The position numbers and the translations under genes were made by a program. Positions 31,011 to 43,630 of a stretch of DNA of 64,000 nucleotides are shown here, one piece after another. The notes under the pieces are model-generated. The model had not been told where the DNA came from. It saw only the letters and a list, made by a program, of their open reading frames with translations, and searched no databases. Position 1 is the first letter of the stretch. Every line of letters begins with the position of its first letter. Source of the DNA: the human T2T-CHM13v2.0 reference genome, Homo sapiens; assembly GCF_009914755.1 (NCBI RefSeq), contig NC_060929.1; one strand, 5' to 3'.

Positions 31011-33900
31011 AATGTCATGGGAACAGGAAGCAATAATTTTGCTAGTGGATCACTTGGAGTGATGGTGAATGGTACCACTTCCACTTCCACCTGTTGATTC
31101 CTGGACCCGTTTATCTTGGATATGAGAGAAAGAGTACCATATATTGGATGCTGATTCAGAGCATGCATGGCCTCCTGGAGAACTTTGCCCCAGCCCTATA
31201 AAGTATTGTTACCTAGTTGGCATTGTAACTGTTACTTCAAAAGGCCATTCCACTGTTCTATTAATCCAGCTGCTTCAGGATGATGGGCAATATGGTAAGA
31301 CCAGTGAATTCCATGAGCATGAGCCCACTGCCACACTGCTTTAGCCATAAAGTGAGTGCCTTGGTCAGAGGCAATGCTGTATGGAATACCATGATGTTGG
31401 ATAAGGCATTCCATGAGTCCATGGATGGTAGTCTTGGCAGAAGCATTGCGTGCAGGATAGGCAAACCCACATCCAGAATCAGTGTTTATTCCAGTGAGGA
31501 AAAATATTGCCCTTTGTATGATGGAAGAGGTCCAATATAATCAACCTGCCAACAGGCAGCTGGCTGATCACCCCGAGGAATGGTGCCATATATAGGCCTC
31601 CGTGTTGGTCTCTGCTGCTGGCAAATTGGGCACTCAGCAGAGGCCATAGCCAGGTGAGCCTTGGTGAGTAGAAGTCCACGTTGCTGAGCCCATAGGTAAC
31701 CTCCATCCCTGTCACCATGGTCACTTTATTCATGGGCCCATGGGTTACGACACGGGTGGCAGGGGAAAGAGGCTGAGTGGTGTCCACAGAACAGGTCATC
31801 CTATCCACTTGATTATTAAAATCCTCCACTGCTGAGGTCACCCATTGGCAAGCACTCACATGGGATAGAAATATCTTTACAGTTTTTGACCACTCAGAGA
31901 GGTACATTCACATACCTCTTCCCCAAATTTCTTTGTCACCAATTTTCCTATCATGCTTTATTCAGATCCTTGACAATCCAGCCAAACCATTGGTTACAGC
32001 CCATGAATCAACATATAATCACACATCTGGCCATTTCTCCTTCCACGGAGAGTGCACAACCAGGTGCACTGCTCGAAGTTCTGCCCACTGGGAAGATTTG
32101 CCTTCACCACTGTGCTTTAGGGATGTCCTAGAAAGGGATTGCAGTGCTGCAGTTGTCCACTTTCTGGTGGTACCTGTGTATCATGAGCACCCATCTGTGA
32201 ACCAGGCCCTAGTCTTCTCTTCCTCTGTGAATTGAACATAGGGAACTCCCCATGAGACCATCGGTGCAGGCTGTGGGAGAGAAGGCAGGGTGGCAGGAGT
32301 GGAGACCACATGCATCTGAGTCACTTCCTCATGTAACTTACTTGTGCCTTCAGGATCTGCTAGAGCCCATTCATGTATATACCACTTTCATTTGATGATG
32401 GAAAGCTCCTGTGCATGACCCACTTTACGGCAAGATGGGTCAGAAAGCACCTAGTTCATGATAGGTAGTTTAGGTTGCATGGTGACTTGATGACCCATAG
32501 TCAAACGTTTTGTTTCCACCAAAGCCCAGTAACAGGCCTAGATCTGTCTCTCAAAAGGATAGTATTTATCTAAAGAAGATAGCATGGCCTTGCTCCAAAA
32601 TCTTAGAGGCCTCCACTGTGATTCACCTATGGTGGCCTGCCAAAGGTTCCAAACAGCATCCCTATCTTCCACTAACACCTCAAACACCATTGGATCTGCT
32701 GGGTCATATGGCCCAAGTGGCAGAGCAGTTAGCACAGCAGCCTGGACCTATTGCAGAGCTTCCTCTTCTGGACCCCACTCAAAACTGGCAGCCTTTAGGG
32801 TCACTCGGTCAGTGGCTTGGAGTAACACACCCAAATGAGGAATGTGTTCCCTCTAAAATCCAAATAGGCCCACTAGGCATTGTGCCTCTTTCTTGGTAGG
32901 AGGGGCCAAATGCAGCAACTTATCCTTCACCTTACAAGTAATATCTCTATCTTGACAGGCCCCACACCACTGAATCCCTAGAAATTTTACTGAGGTAGAA
33001 GTTTCCTGAATTTTCATTGAATTTATTTTTCATCCTCTGTCAAGCAAATGTCTCACCAATAAGTACAATGTGTTTGCTATTGCTTGCTCACTGGATCCAA
33101 TCAGCATGATGTCATCAATGTAATGAACCAGGGTGATATTTTGCAGAAGGGAAAAATGATCAAGGTCTTTGAATGAGATTATGACACTAAGCCAGAGAGC
33201 TGATATACCATTGAGGTAGGACAGTAAAAGTATACTGCAGGACTTGCCAGCTGAAGGCAAATTGCTTCTAATGGGCCTTTATGGACAGGAGTAGAGAAAA
33301 AGGCATTTGCGGAGTCAATGGCTGCATACCAGGTATCAGGAGATGTGCTAATTTGCTCAAGCAATGAAATGACATCTGGTATAGCAGTTGCAATTGGAGT
33401 AACCACTTGGTTAAGCTTACAATAACCCACTGTCATTTTCCAAAATCTATCTGTCTTCTGCACAGACCAAATGAGAGAGTTGAATGGGAATGTGGTGGGA
33501 ATCACCGCCCCTGCATCTTTCAAGCTCTTGACGGTGGCACTAATCTCCACAATCCCTCCAGGGATGCGATATTGTTTTTGATTTACTATTTTTCTAGGTA
33601 GAGACAGCTCTAATGGCTTCCATTTGGCCTTTCCCACCATAATAGCCCTCATGCTACCAGTCAGGGAGTCAATGTGGGGGTTCTGCCAGCTGCTAAGTAT
33701 GTCTATGACAATTATGCATTCTGGCACTGGGGAAACTACCACAGAATCGGTCTGGGAACCCACTGGACCCACTGTAAGTTGGACCTGAGCTAAAAATCCA
33801 TTAATTACCTGAACTCCATAAGCCCCTACATTAACTGGAGGACCACAGTGATGTTTTGGGTCCCCTGGAATCAATGTCAGCTCAGAGGCAGTGTCCAGTA
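31011..33900 (-). pseudogene. HERV-L pro-pol remnant (protease, RT, RNase H, integrase), frameshifted
   Basis: ORF 33179-33874 ([21 protein letters not shown]). RT motif LVHYIDDIML in 33030-33260. LPLGPYDPADPM in 32538-32735. Integrase IASDQGTHF...AGLIEQWNGLLK in 31232-31414. Confidence 0.92.
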
Positions 33901-35790
33901 GCCCTCAAAATGTCTGATCATTTCACTTTCCCCAATGCACAGTTACCCTGATAAAAGACTGGAGGCCTCCTTGGGGAAGAATGGGAAAGAGATGCACTGC
34001 ATAAATTGTCAGTAATGTAGTGGGGTCCTTCCTCAAGGGGACTTGGCTTCTCTTCATTCAAGGTGTTCTGAGTCTAGAAACTGGCTCAAGTCAGGAAATT
34101 GATTGAAAGGCTGTGATTCTCTGTTTTTATAATTCAAAGTAGCCTTTTTTCCATTCGACTTGCAGGCTTTCTTTTAAAAATTAAGTAGCAATGCAGTAGG
34201 CTTCTTATCAATTTCACTTGTAGGAACACTATGATTGATTAGCCAAGGCCAGAGCTTTACATGAATCAGGCTATTCTGATTGCTGTCTTGTCTTCGCTGT
34301 CCATTACTGTAGCTGTACCCACCTTGCCTTTGATGGTTTAGTGTCTCCACTTGGTACCTGCCACCTCGGCATCCAATATAGTCCCATTGTATACAAATTT
34401 TGTAGTTGAGTGCCTGTGGTTCCCACTGTTAGGTCTGACATACAGAGAAGAGCAATTACGGGGCTCTTCAAAGAGGCAGGTGCTGCCTTCACAAATCTAT
34501 GTCACAAGGGATTGGTCAAGGATATATCTTCTGGACCCTCCCAGCCTGGATGAGTAGGTCTAAAGTGACTAATTCACTCCACCATCCCAATCTCCCTAAG
34601 CCTTTGAATCCTTTCCTCTACATTAAACCAAGGGAGATCAGGCATTTCCAGCTCACTCATAGTGGGCCATCTTTTAATCCATATTTCAGCTAACAAAGCC
34701 AATAAATTATTAAAACCTTTGTAATTCCCCAAGCTGCAACATTAAATGCAGAGTCCTTACTTAGTGGGCCCAAATCAATAAATTCAGCCTGATCCAACTT
34801 CTTGTTCCTTCCTCCATTATCCCATGCCCTTAATATCCATTCCCATACTGGTTCTCTAGATTTTTGTTTATATGAATTGGATAACTCAAGCAGTTCGTTT
34901 CTACTGTTGCACAGCACCTCATGGATCACACTCTCAATCTCACCTCTAGGAGCACACTGAGACTTTAGGTATAGGTCTAGAAGCAAATAGGGTTGTTTGG
35001 GGTGGCATCTGAGGAGAATCAACATTATTTTGCCTGGCAACTGCCTCAGGGGAGGCCATCACTGTTGTCTCAGGAAGTGCAGGGTTTATCTCCTCAGACA
35101 AAAGTGGAAAGGCTGATGGCAGCATGGGTCAGGGAGGGATTGTTGTCACTACTGAGAATGGGGAAGCTGTTTCTTCTAGCAAAAACGGTTCATCAGGGTT
35201 TACAATCTCAGGTTCCCCAGCTTCATTTGAGTCCTCCCACATGTCTCCATTCCAAGTTGCAGGGTCCCATTCTTTTCCAATCACTGCCCTCACCTTAACA
35301 GTAGACACCTGGTGAGGCTGTGCAGGCACCTTTCATTGCAAGTCAGCCACTTGCATGATAAGAGCTTGTGGCTGTTTTTCCACAATTTCAGCTTTTTCTC
35401 TACAGGAGATAAGACTCTCACTCAGGGCAGTCGTGGCAGATTTGAGGCTCAGCATCTGCTTCTGTAGGTGGGAGACAGAATCCCTGAGTTCACCATTCTC
35501 TTTCATCACTTTGTCCACTGAACTTAGGAGCAACCAACCAGCTTCAATTATGCTCCTTGGTTCTCCACATATGGTCAAAAGTATTATGTATAGAGTCACT
35601 AAACTCCTTGCCCCTCACAAGAGGTGAATCCGGAGTATCAGATGAATTTATCTTGCATAACTCTCTAAACAGTTCATGACAAGGACTATCACTGTTCTCC
35701 ATACTATTAGAAGTAGAGTGCTTAGCATTTTGGGGTCAAATCATATTGAGAAGCCAATGCCAGAAACCCCAAAACCAATGGAAGAGCTCC
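33901..35790 (-). pseudogene. HERV-L gag remnant (family related to Fv1)
   Basis: Fragments GWLLLSSVDKVMKEN, KVRAVIGKEWDPATWNGDMWED, WEWILRAWDNGGRN..LDQAEFIDLGPLS are typical of ERV-L gag. Confidence 0.88.
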
Positions 35791-35813
35791 ATCCTTAATA
35801 TTCTATTCCTCTA

Positions 35814-35831
35814 GAGCCACTCCTGGTGCCA
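35814..35831 (-). promoter_or_regulatory. Primer binding site, tRNA-Leu
   Basis: Minus strand TGGCACCAGGAGTGGCTC, 5 nt after the 5' LTR. Near-complementary to the tRNA-Leu(TAA) 3' end ...CCACTCCTGGTACCA. Confidence 0.85.
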
Positions 35832-35836
35832 AACCT

Positions 35837-35874
35837 TGTATTAATCAGAGTTCTCTAGAGGGACAGAACTAAGA

Positions 35875-35933
<59 letters not shown>

Positions 35934-36340
35934 CTCTTATATGAGTTTATTATATATATGGAAGTTTATTAAGCATTAACTTACACAATCACAAGGTCCC
36001 ACAATAGGCTTTCTGCAAGCTTGAGGAGCAAGGAGAGCTATTCCAAGTCTCAAAACTGAAGAACTTTGAGTCTGATATTTGAGGGCAGGAAGCATCCAGC
36101 ATGGGAGAGAGATGTAGGCTGGGAGGCTCAGCCAGTGTCGCCTTTTCACATTTTTCTGCCTGCTTTATATCCATCAGCAGCTGATTAGATTGTGCCCACC
36201 AGATCAAGGGTGGGTCTGCCTTCCCGACCCCACTGACTCAAATGTTAATCTAATTTGGCAATACCCTCACAGACACACCCAGGATCAATACTTTTCATCC
36301 TTCAATCTGATCAAGTTGACACTCAATATTAACCATCACA
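35837..36340 (-). repeat. HERV-L 5' LTR (MLT2A1-like), complete, with internal (TA)n
   Basis: TG...CA termini, TATA-like ATATAAAG (36163-36170 minus), AATAAA on minus (~35965-35970), (TA)~26 at 35878-35930. Confidence 0.93.
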
Positions 36341-36630
36341 GGCCCGAAATGTAATCACATGTGAGTTTATAAAAGTTCAGCAGGGGAGACTTGAGAAATG
36401 GGAAATGTGCCAAAGAGACAAAAACTTGTAGTTTTGTGAAAAACAGATCATGAGTTTGAGGAATGCAGGCAGCCTCTAGAAGGCCAAGGAAAACAACGGA
36501 AGAAAAGGAAATAGATTCTCCCCCAGGGCCTCCAGGAGGACACATCCCAGCTGACATCTTTACATTTTAGCACACCTAAAATGATTTTGGACTTCTGAAC
36601 TCCAGACTAGAAGATATTAATTTGTGATGG
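36341..36630 (+). mobile_element. MLT1D/E-like LTR 3' part (host of HERV-L)
   Basis: gaggaatgcaggcagcctctagaag...gattctccccca.ggcctccag...ttggacttctga. Begins mid-element at the provirus junction. Confidence 0.8.
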
Positions 36631-37832
36631 AACAAACTAATGCATTGCATAACAATATATTCCCATAAACCTCAAAATACGAATGGGTAGGAACTAGCCA
36701 CCGCAGTCTTAAGAATCTCTTGATACAAGAGTTTGGGCTAGAAAAAATGAGGAAAGAAACATGTCGTAATCTTTGGATCCAAGAAGCCCACATATTGCTA
36801 ACACATACTGCAGAAAAATCTAAGAACATCAGCAGGAATTAAACAGGAGTATCACAGACTACAATTTACAGTGAGTGTCTGGGGACTATTGGAAATCCTT
36901 AGGAATGGAGCTCTTTCAGAATCTAAATAACTAACCTAAGCACCACTCAAGGGTAAAAGCTTGCACTAAAGAGAAACTGCTGAGAGTGAAATCCAAACAG
37001 AACAAAACAGGGACAATAAACTCAATGACAAGGCTAGATTCGGATAAAAGTAGGAAGATCTCAGAAAATAAAAATTTATATCCTTATGACTTCGTGAAAC
37101 TAAAAAATTAGGAATTGAAAAATTTACATATTATTCAGGTAAATATGAACACTGGCTGTTTAATGATACTAAGGGTTTAAAAGCCATGCATATATGTTTT
37201 AAAGGGGATATAATATTGCCTTTAATATATGATATGTTATCGAGACTTTGTGTTAAAAGAATCTGGTGCTAAAATGGTGACGGTGGGAAATGGTTGGGAT
37301 GCTGCATGGAGAAGTTTGGCCGTGCGTTGATAACACTTGTGTAAATGAAGGTTCATTATGCCATTTGTTTTATTTTCTATATGTCTAAAATATTTCTAAT
37401 ATAACATTTAAAAAGAAAGAAAAGATGAAAAATCCTACCACACTAATTGGCCTGTGACTGTTTATAGAGTAGGCTACACACATGAATGTTAATTTGTATC
37501 ATATTTAGCTACCATTTCTTGTTGACTAATATTGTATTATATACAAGAACTTTAAAGCACATTTTCGTGAAAAATGTACATTTTCACTTGGAATATGTAA
37601 TTAAATCAATTGAACTTTTTCTATTACAGATAAAAAAATCTTTTCCATACTGTTTTTTCATATCTACTTTATCTAAAAGCAATTTTAGTACTGAATACCC
37701 CATTTCTATTAAATCAAATGTCACTATAACAAACTAAAATAAAATTCCAATGCTCAAGCAGAGAATTAATAACAAAATGGGTACGTTTCTCTACAGAAAA
37801 ACAATTTTCACCAATTTAAAACTCTCAGATAA

Positions 37833-38201
<369 letters not shown>

Positions 38202-39267
38202 TTATTCAATTATTTTTCCCTTTAAAAGACAAAACTCACATATGTATGGTAGGCATTTTTAAAAATTTCTGATATCCTGTTATTATATGATCACATTATA
38301 TGAGAAAAAAATTTTTAAACTGTGATCTATGGTGTAGGGTAGAGAAATTCTAAACAGTCTTATGTGATATAGAACTATTTGTGTGCGTGCATTTCTTATG
38401 GAAATGAGATTTAGAAATTTTCTGGGTTGTACATGACACCAATAAATAGGGATATTTTCATTCTGTTATTTTGAGTATATGCTAAAATAAGAATTGTTTG
38501 GCCTTTCTAAAGTAAACTTTGCTTGATACTTGAGCCATCTGCCTCTAAACAATAAAAGATCATGAATTATGGAAATGAGTATCTTACCTTAAAACAAAAC
38601 AAAATTTTTTTCCATAATTAAATTGAAATAACAGCATTTAGAAAAATGAAAAGATTGGGAGAATAACTTTGCAAAACAAATCTCAGATACAGGACTGATA
38701 TATATATTTATTCCTCCCCCAAATATATTTATTCCACACTTTCAAGTTGCACTATGTAAAATGAAGAAAGGTGTTATCAAGTTTTCAATGCCTGTAATAA
38801 CATTTCTGTAATACTTTAATCTCTAGGAAAATGATACATAAAAATGTTACTCACACAAAGCCAATCCATAATTTCAATTAATATCTAGCCTGTAGTTTCT
38901 CTCATGCTTTGTGGAGTATGAGCATTTTGTAGATTGCTAGCCTTTGTACTACAATGATACATAAAATACATGTTAAATTTATGTCTGAGATTAATCAGTA
39001 TTACTACTTGCCAGTAAAAGTTTGATAAAAATGTAATGAAGACATGCAAGTCATGCTTGATTTCATTTTCTTGCACGGAATGCAAACATTCAGTGCTTTG
39101 GTTTTTATTTAATGCCATTGTAGCAGTCTGTTTTCTGCTCTATATTGTACAATTCCAGAAGGCAGGGGTTGTGGCTATTTAAGTTACTTTGTGTGATATC
39201 ATATGGGATATTCTGTGGACACAGATTTGCAATTACATTTTGTTGATAAGTAAATAATGCTTGGTAA

Positions 39268-40185
<918 letters not shown>

Positions 40186-40452
40186 ATAAAAAAAACTTGA
40201 TATTTAAAGAAAATTGTAGAAGTTTACCACCTGACTCTAACAAAAGAATGGTAATTTTGCTAAGCTATTTGAATATTAGTAAAATTATTATTATTTTAGT
40301 ATTTTATATTTTAATAATATACTATAATTTAATAATTATTATAATAAAATAATGATGTTATTAATAATGTTATAATTACTAACATTATTATTTTTATATT
40401 TAATATTGAAGCTGGCACTTCAATATATGAATTTTGGAGGGACATGACCCAG

Positions 40453-40850
40453 CCCTCCAAAATCCATAAATTGAAGTGTCAACTTCTGGTACCTGGAAAT
40501 GTAACTATATTTGGAGTTAAGCACTTTAAAGAGGTGATTAAGACTAAATGAACTCATAAGGGTGAGCACTGATCTATGTGAATGTTTAGAGATAAGGTCA
40601 TCGAAGAGGTGATTAATATAAACTGTGGACCTTAGGGTGGGGACCTAAATCACAATGTCATCATAAGAAGATAGAGAGAGACACAAGGAATGCACAAAGA
40701 AAAGGCACGTGAAGACACAGGGAGAAGGCAGCCATATGCAAGCCAGTGAGAGAAGCCTACCAACATGGTGCATTGCTCTTGAAGGCCCAGCCTCCAGAAC
40801 TGTGAGAAAACAAATCTCTGTTTCTGTAAGTCACCTAGCAAACTAACACA
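40453..40850 (+). mobile_element. MLT1A-like solo LTR, rearranged
   Basis: gaggtgattaa, gtgaagacacagggagaaggcagcc, cagcctccagaactgtgagaaa, ends ctaacaca. Confidence 0.8.
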
Positions 40851-41377
40851 AAAGTTTATATTTATTCCATACTCGTCTTGTACCAAAAACTGTACAAAGC
40901 ATTTGAGAGATAATGTCATTAATTACTTATAATTGCTCAAAATGCCAGGATCATTGGTATCTCATAAGAATTGTGTTTCAACTATTTTATTGTTTCTTTC
41001 AGATGATGATGGACTTGTAGGACAACTAAAGAAATGTCAAATTCTATATACATTCCATGTAGTGTATGTGATATTGGCTAAAAACTACAGTATTTCATGG
41101 TAAAGAGGGCAAAGCTGTAAACTCCTTCAGGGCCACTTTAAGATCTTTCTCTTAGATTCATCTCAATTATTTCTGAAAGTGGAAAGTGGATTACCAGAGG
41201 GCATATACTAAATCTCACACTTCAGTGGAATTTTGTCTTTTCTATTCTCAAGCAGAAATACTGACTATTTAACAGTGAGTGCTTTTTCCTTGTGCAATGC
41301 ATTTTTTTCTTTAGCAAACACTTTTTTAAAACTAATGTGTATATAATTTTAGGCATTGAGCATGCATTTTATATATC

Positions 41378-41422
<45 letters not shown>

Positions 41423-41449
41423 AGAGAGAGAAAGAGAGAGAGAGAGAGA
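41378..41449. repeat. (TCTA)11 + (GA)n compound STR
   Basis: Seen directly in sequence. Confidence 0.95.
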
Positions 41450-43339
41450 CTCTGGACTGAAGAAAAGAATGAGTAACACCTACTTTTTGCCTTAAGGTAG
41501 CATACAATTCAGTAGTGAATACAGACCTGAAAAGTACACAGAACTATAATAAAAGGAATAATCTAGGTTAAACCATACATGCTCTTAGCTGAAAAGAGAT
41601 TTAAATAATCAATTCCAATAAACTTTTTATAGCCAAAGGGAATTGGCACTGCCATCCCTACACAAATGTTCACCGATTCATTGCTTTTGGCCTGGAGGAA
41701 CTTCTGGGCAATTAACTGGACTTATCAAAAATGTGTGCCTCCGGAGTCACTTTCTCAGAAGTGGTTACCCTTTCTTACTCTTCTACAGGGTTTTTATGTA
41801 TTTATAAAATGCTAGGGTTAGAAAAGAGATTAAGGAAATAGTTTTATTGTTGATTTCCCTTTTTTCCGGCCTAAGAATATTCTTTAATAGCCTTAATGAA
41901 TATTTTATATTATTCCTTCACTGCTCCAATATTATTATCAATTCAGGGAGTCTTTGGAATACAAATGGCAAAATGTTTTTAATCATTGTCATGGATCACT
42001 GTGACTTAGCTTTAGCACAAAACCACAAGACACAATTTCATAACACAGTCCTCAAATTTCATATCCAATACTATCCTAACTCTCCTGTTAGCTGAATTTG
42101 GTTTCTACATCCGGAATTCCTCAATATCATGTGACAACACCCACATACTCTTTTTTTACTTATGTCCACTTTTTCTTCCAATTTCAGAGAACTCTATCTC
42201 TACGAAGTATTGACCCATTGATTATCTCCTGTCATATATTTCCAAATTTCTCAAGGTTGTTTTGCTGTAGCATAAAGTCATGTTCTATTTTTTTTTCCAT
42301 CTTAAACAAATTTACCTCCAGCATGGGTCCCTTTTTAACCACTAGCCTGTCTAATTTTATTAAAGCATTGCTCTAGTTGTTTGTCTCTCATTTTTTACTG
42401 CAAACTTACTCCTCAATCTACTTCAATCCAGTTACCACTAAAATGACTCTGATCACTAGTAATTTCCTAATTACTGAAATGGATTGGCTCACTTAGTTTT
42501 CAAGCTACTTGATCTATAAAGCATTTGTCACTGTTGATAATTTACTTTGAAAAACTTTAAATATTTTTCTTTGTTTTTCTTTTTCCTGCCATATCTTCTG
42601 TATTTCATCCCTCTCTGACTGTTTCTTCTATTTTTTTGGTAGCCACTATTCTTCTGTATACACACTTGGAACACAATTTGGAACAAAAGCAGTGAGTGCC
42701 TCCTCTTGTAAGATGTAATGGAATGCAAAAGATGCACACAGACTTGTCTCCCAGGACAGGATAAAGTCACAAATCTCTAGCACAGCATATGAAATTCGGC
42801 CTTACCTTTCCCATAGCTTACATCTTCTCACACTTCAAATAATAACCCTGTAAGTTCAATTGTTATTAAAATCCTCAGTTAATATGCATTTCTTGAAGTT
42901 TAACATTTATTTCCTTTACACTAATTTAGATTCTTTCTTCATCCATTTTTTTTTTAATCTTGGCCCAGTATGTTTACATTCTACTCACCTACTAACCACT
43001 GCATCTTCCATGGAAAATCCGATACGCTGTTGATCCGACAAGTTACACATCCCGTCTTATGCATATCAATCTCTCCTTAAATACTGGAAAAATCAAATAT
43101 CCTAAAAATCTGTGCCAGACAAAGACGATTATATGTACAATGATTATACATATACAATGATTAGAGGCTGTTATATAAATTCTCATCATTTTATTCTATG
43201 TACAATGATTAGAGGCTGTTACGTATACAATGATTAGAGGCTATAGTATAGAGTAAATCTTCATCATTTTATTCTCTATGATATAAAATCCAGTTTTTCT
43301 ACTTTGGTACAATTTTAACAGTCTCTAGTCATTGTATAC

Positions 43340-43630
43340 TTTTTTTTAACTTTTTAAAACAATTCTTATAAAAAATTAGAGCAGATAGTGCAGTTTTCTT
43401 GCCCCTCTCCTCAAACATGCATGTGTGTGCACGTGCACACACACACACATATTTCTGTTATTATTAATATCTTCAGATTATAACACAGTACTGATGCATT
43501 ATTGCTAATAAAATTCATAGTTTACATTGAAGTTCACACTCTTGTTAAATAGTTCTGTGGTTTTAACAAATGCATAATGTTAAATATCCATAATTTTAGT
43601 ATTATACAGAATAGTTTCAACACCCAAAAT
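43340..43630 (-). mobile_element. L1MC/MD 3' end
   Basis: ttcatagtttacatt...ttcacactcttg...ttctgtggttttaacaaatgcataatg...atacagaatagtttca. Confidence 0.75.

Larger units (their letters stand above)
29790..36340 (-). mobile_element. Near full-length HERV-L provirus with MLT2A1-type LTRs (defective)
   Basis: Two LTRs, tRNA-Leu PBS, PPT, and gag/pro/RT/RNaseH/IN/dUTPase ORF fragments in ERV-L order. No env. Confidence 0.95.

Noticed and set aside
41003-41103. Acceptor tttctttcag followed by a short open frame (DDDGLVGQLKK...)
   Set aside because: No convincing donor site and no recognisable homology.
43130-43338. CRISPR-like repeat-spacer array
   Set aside because: Primate DNA with no cas genes, irregular spacing, and spacers copied from local sequence.
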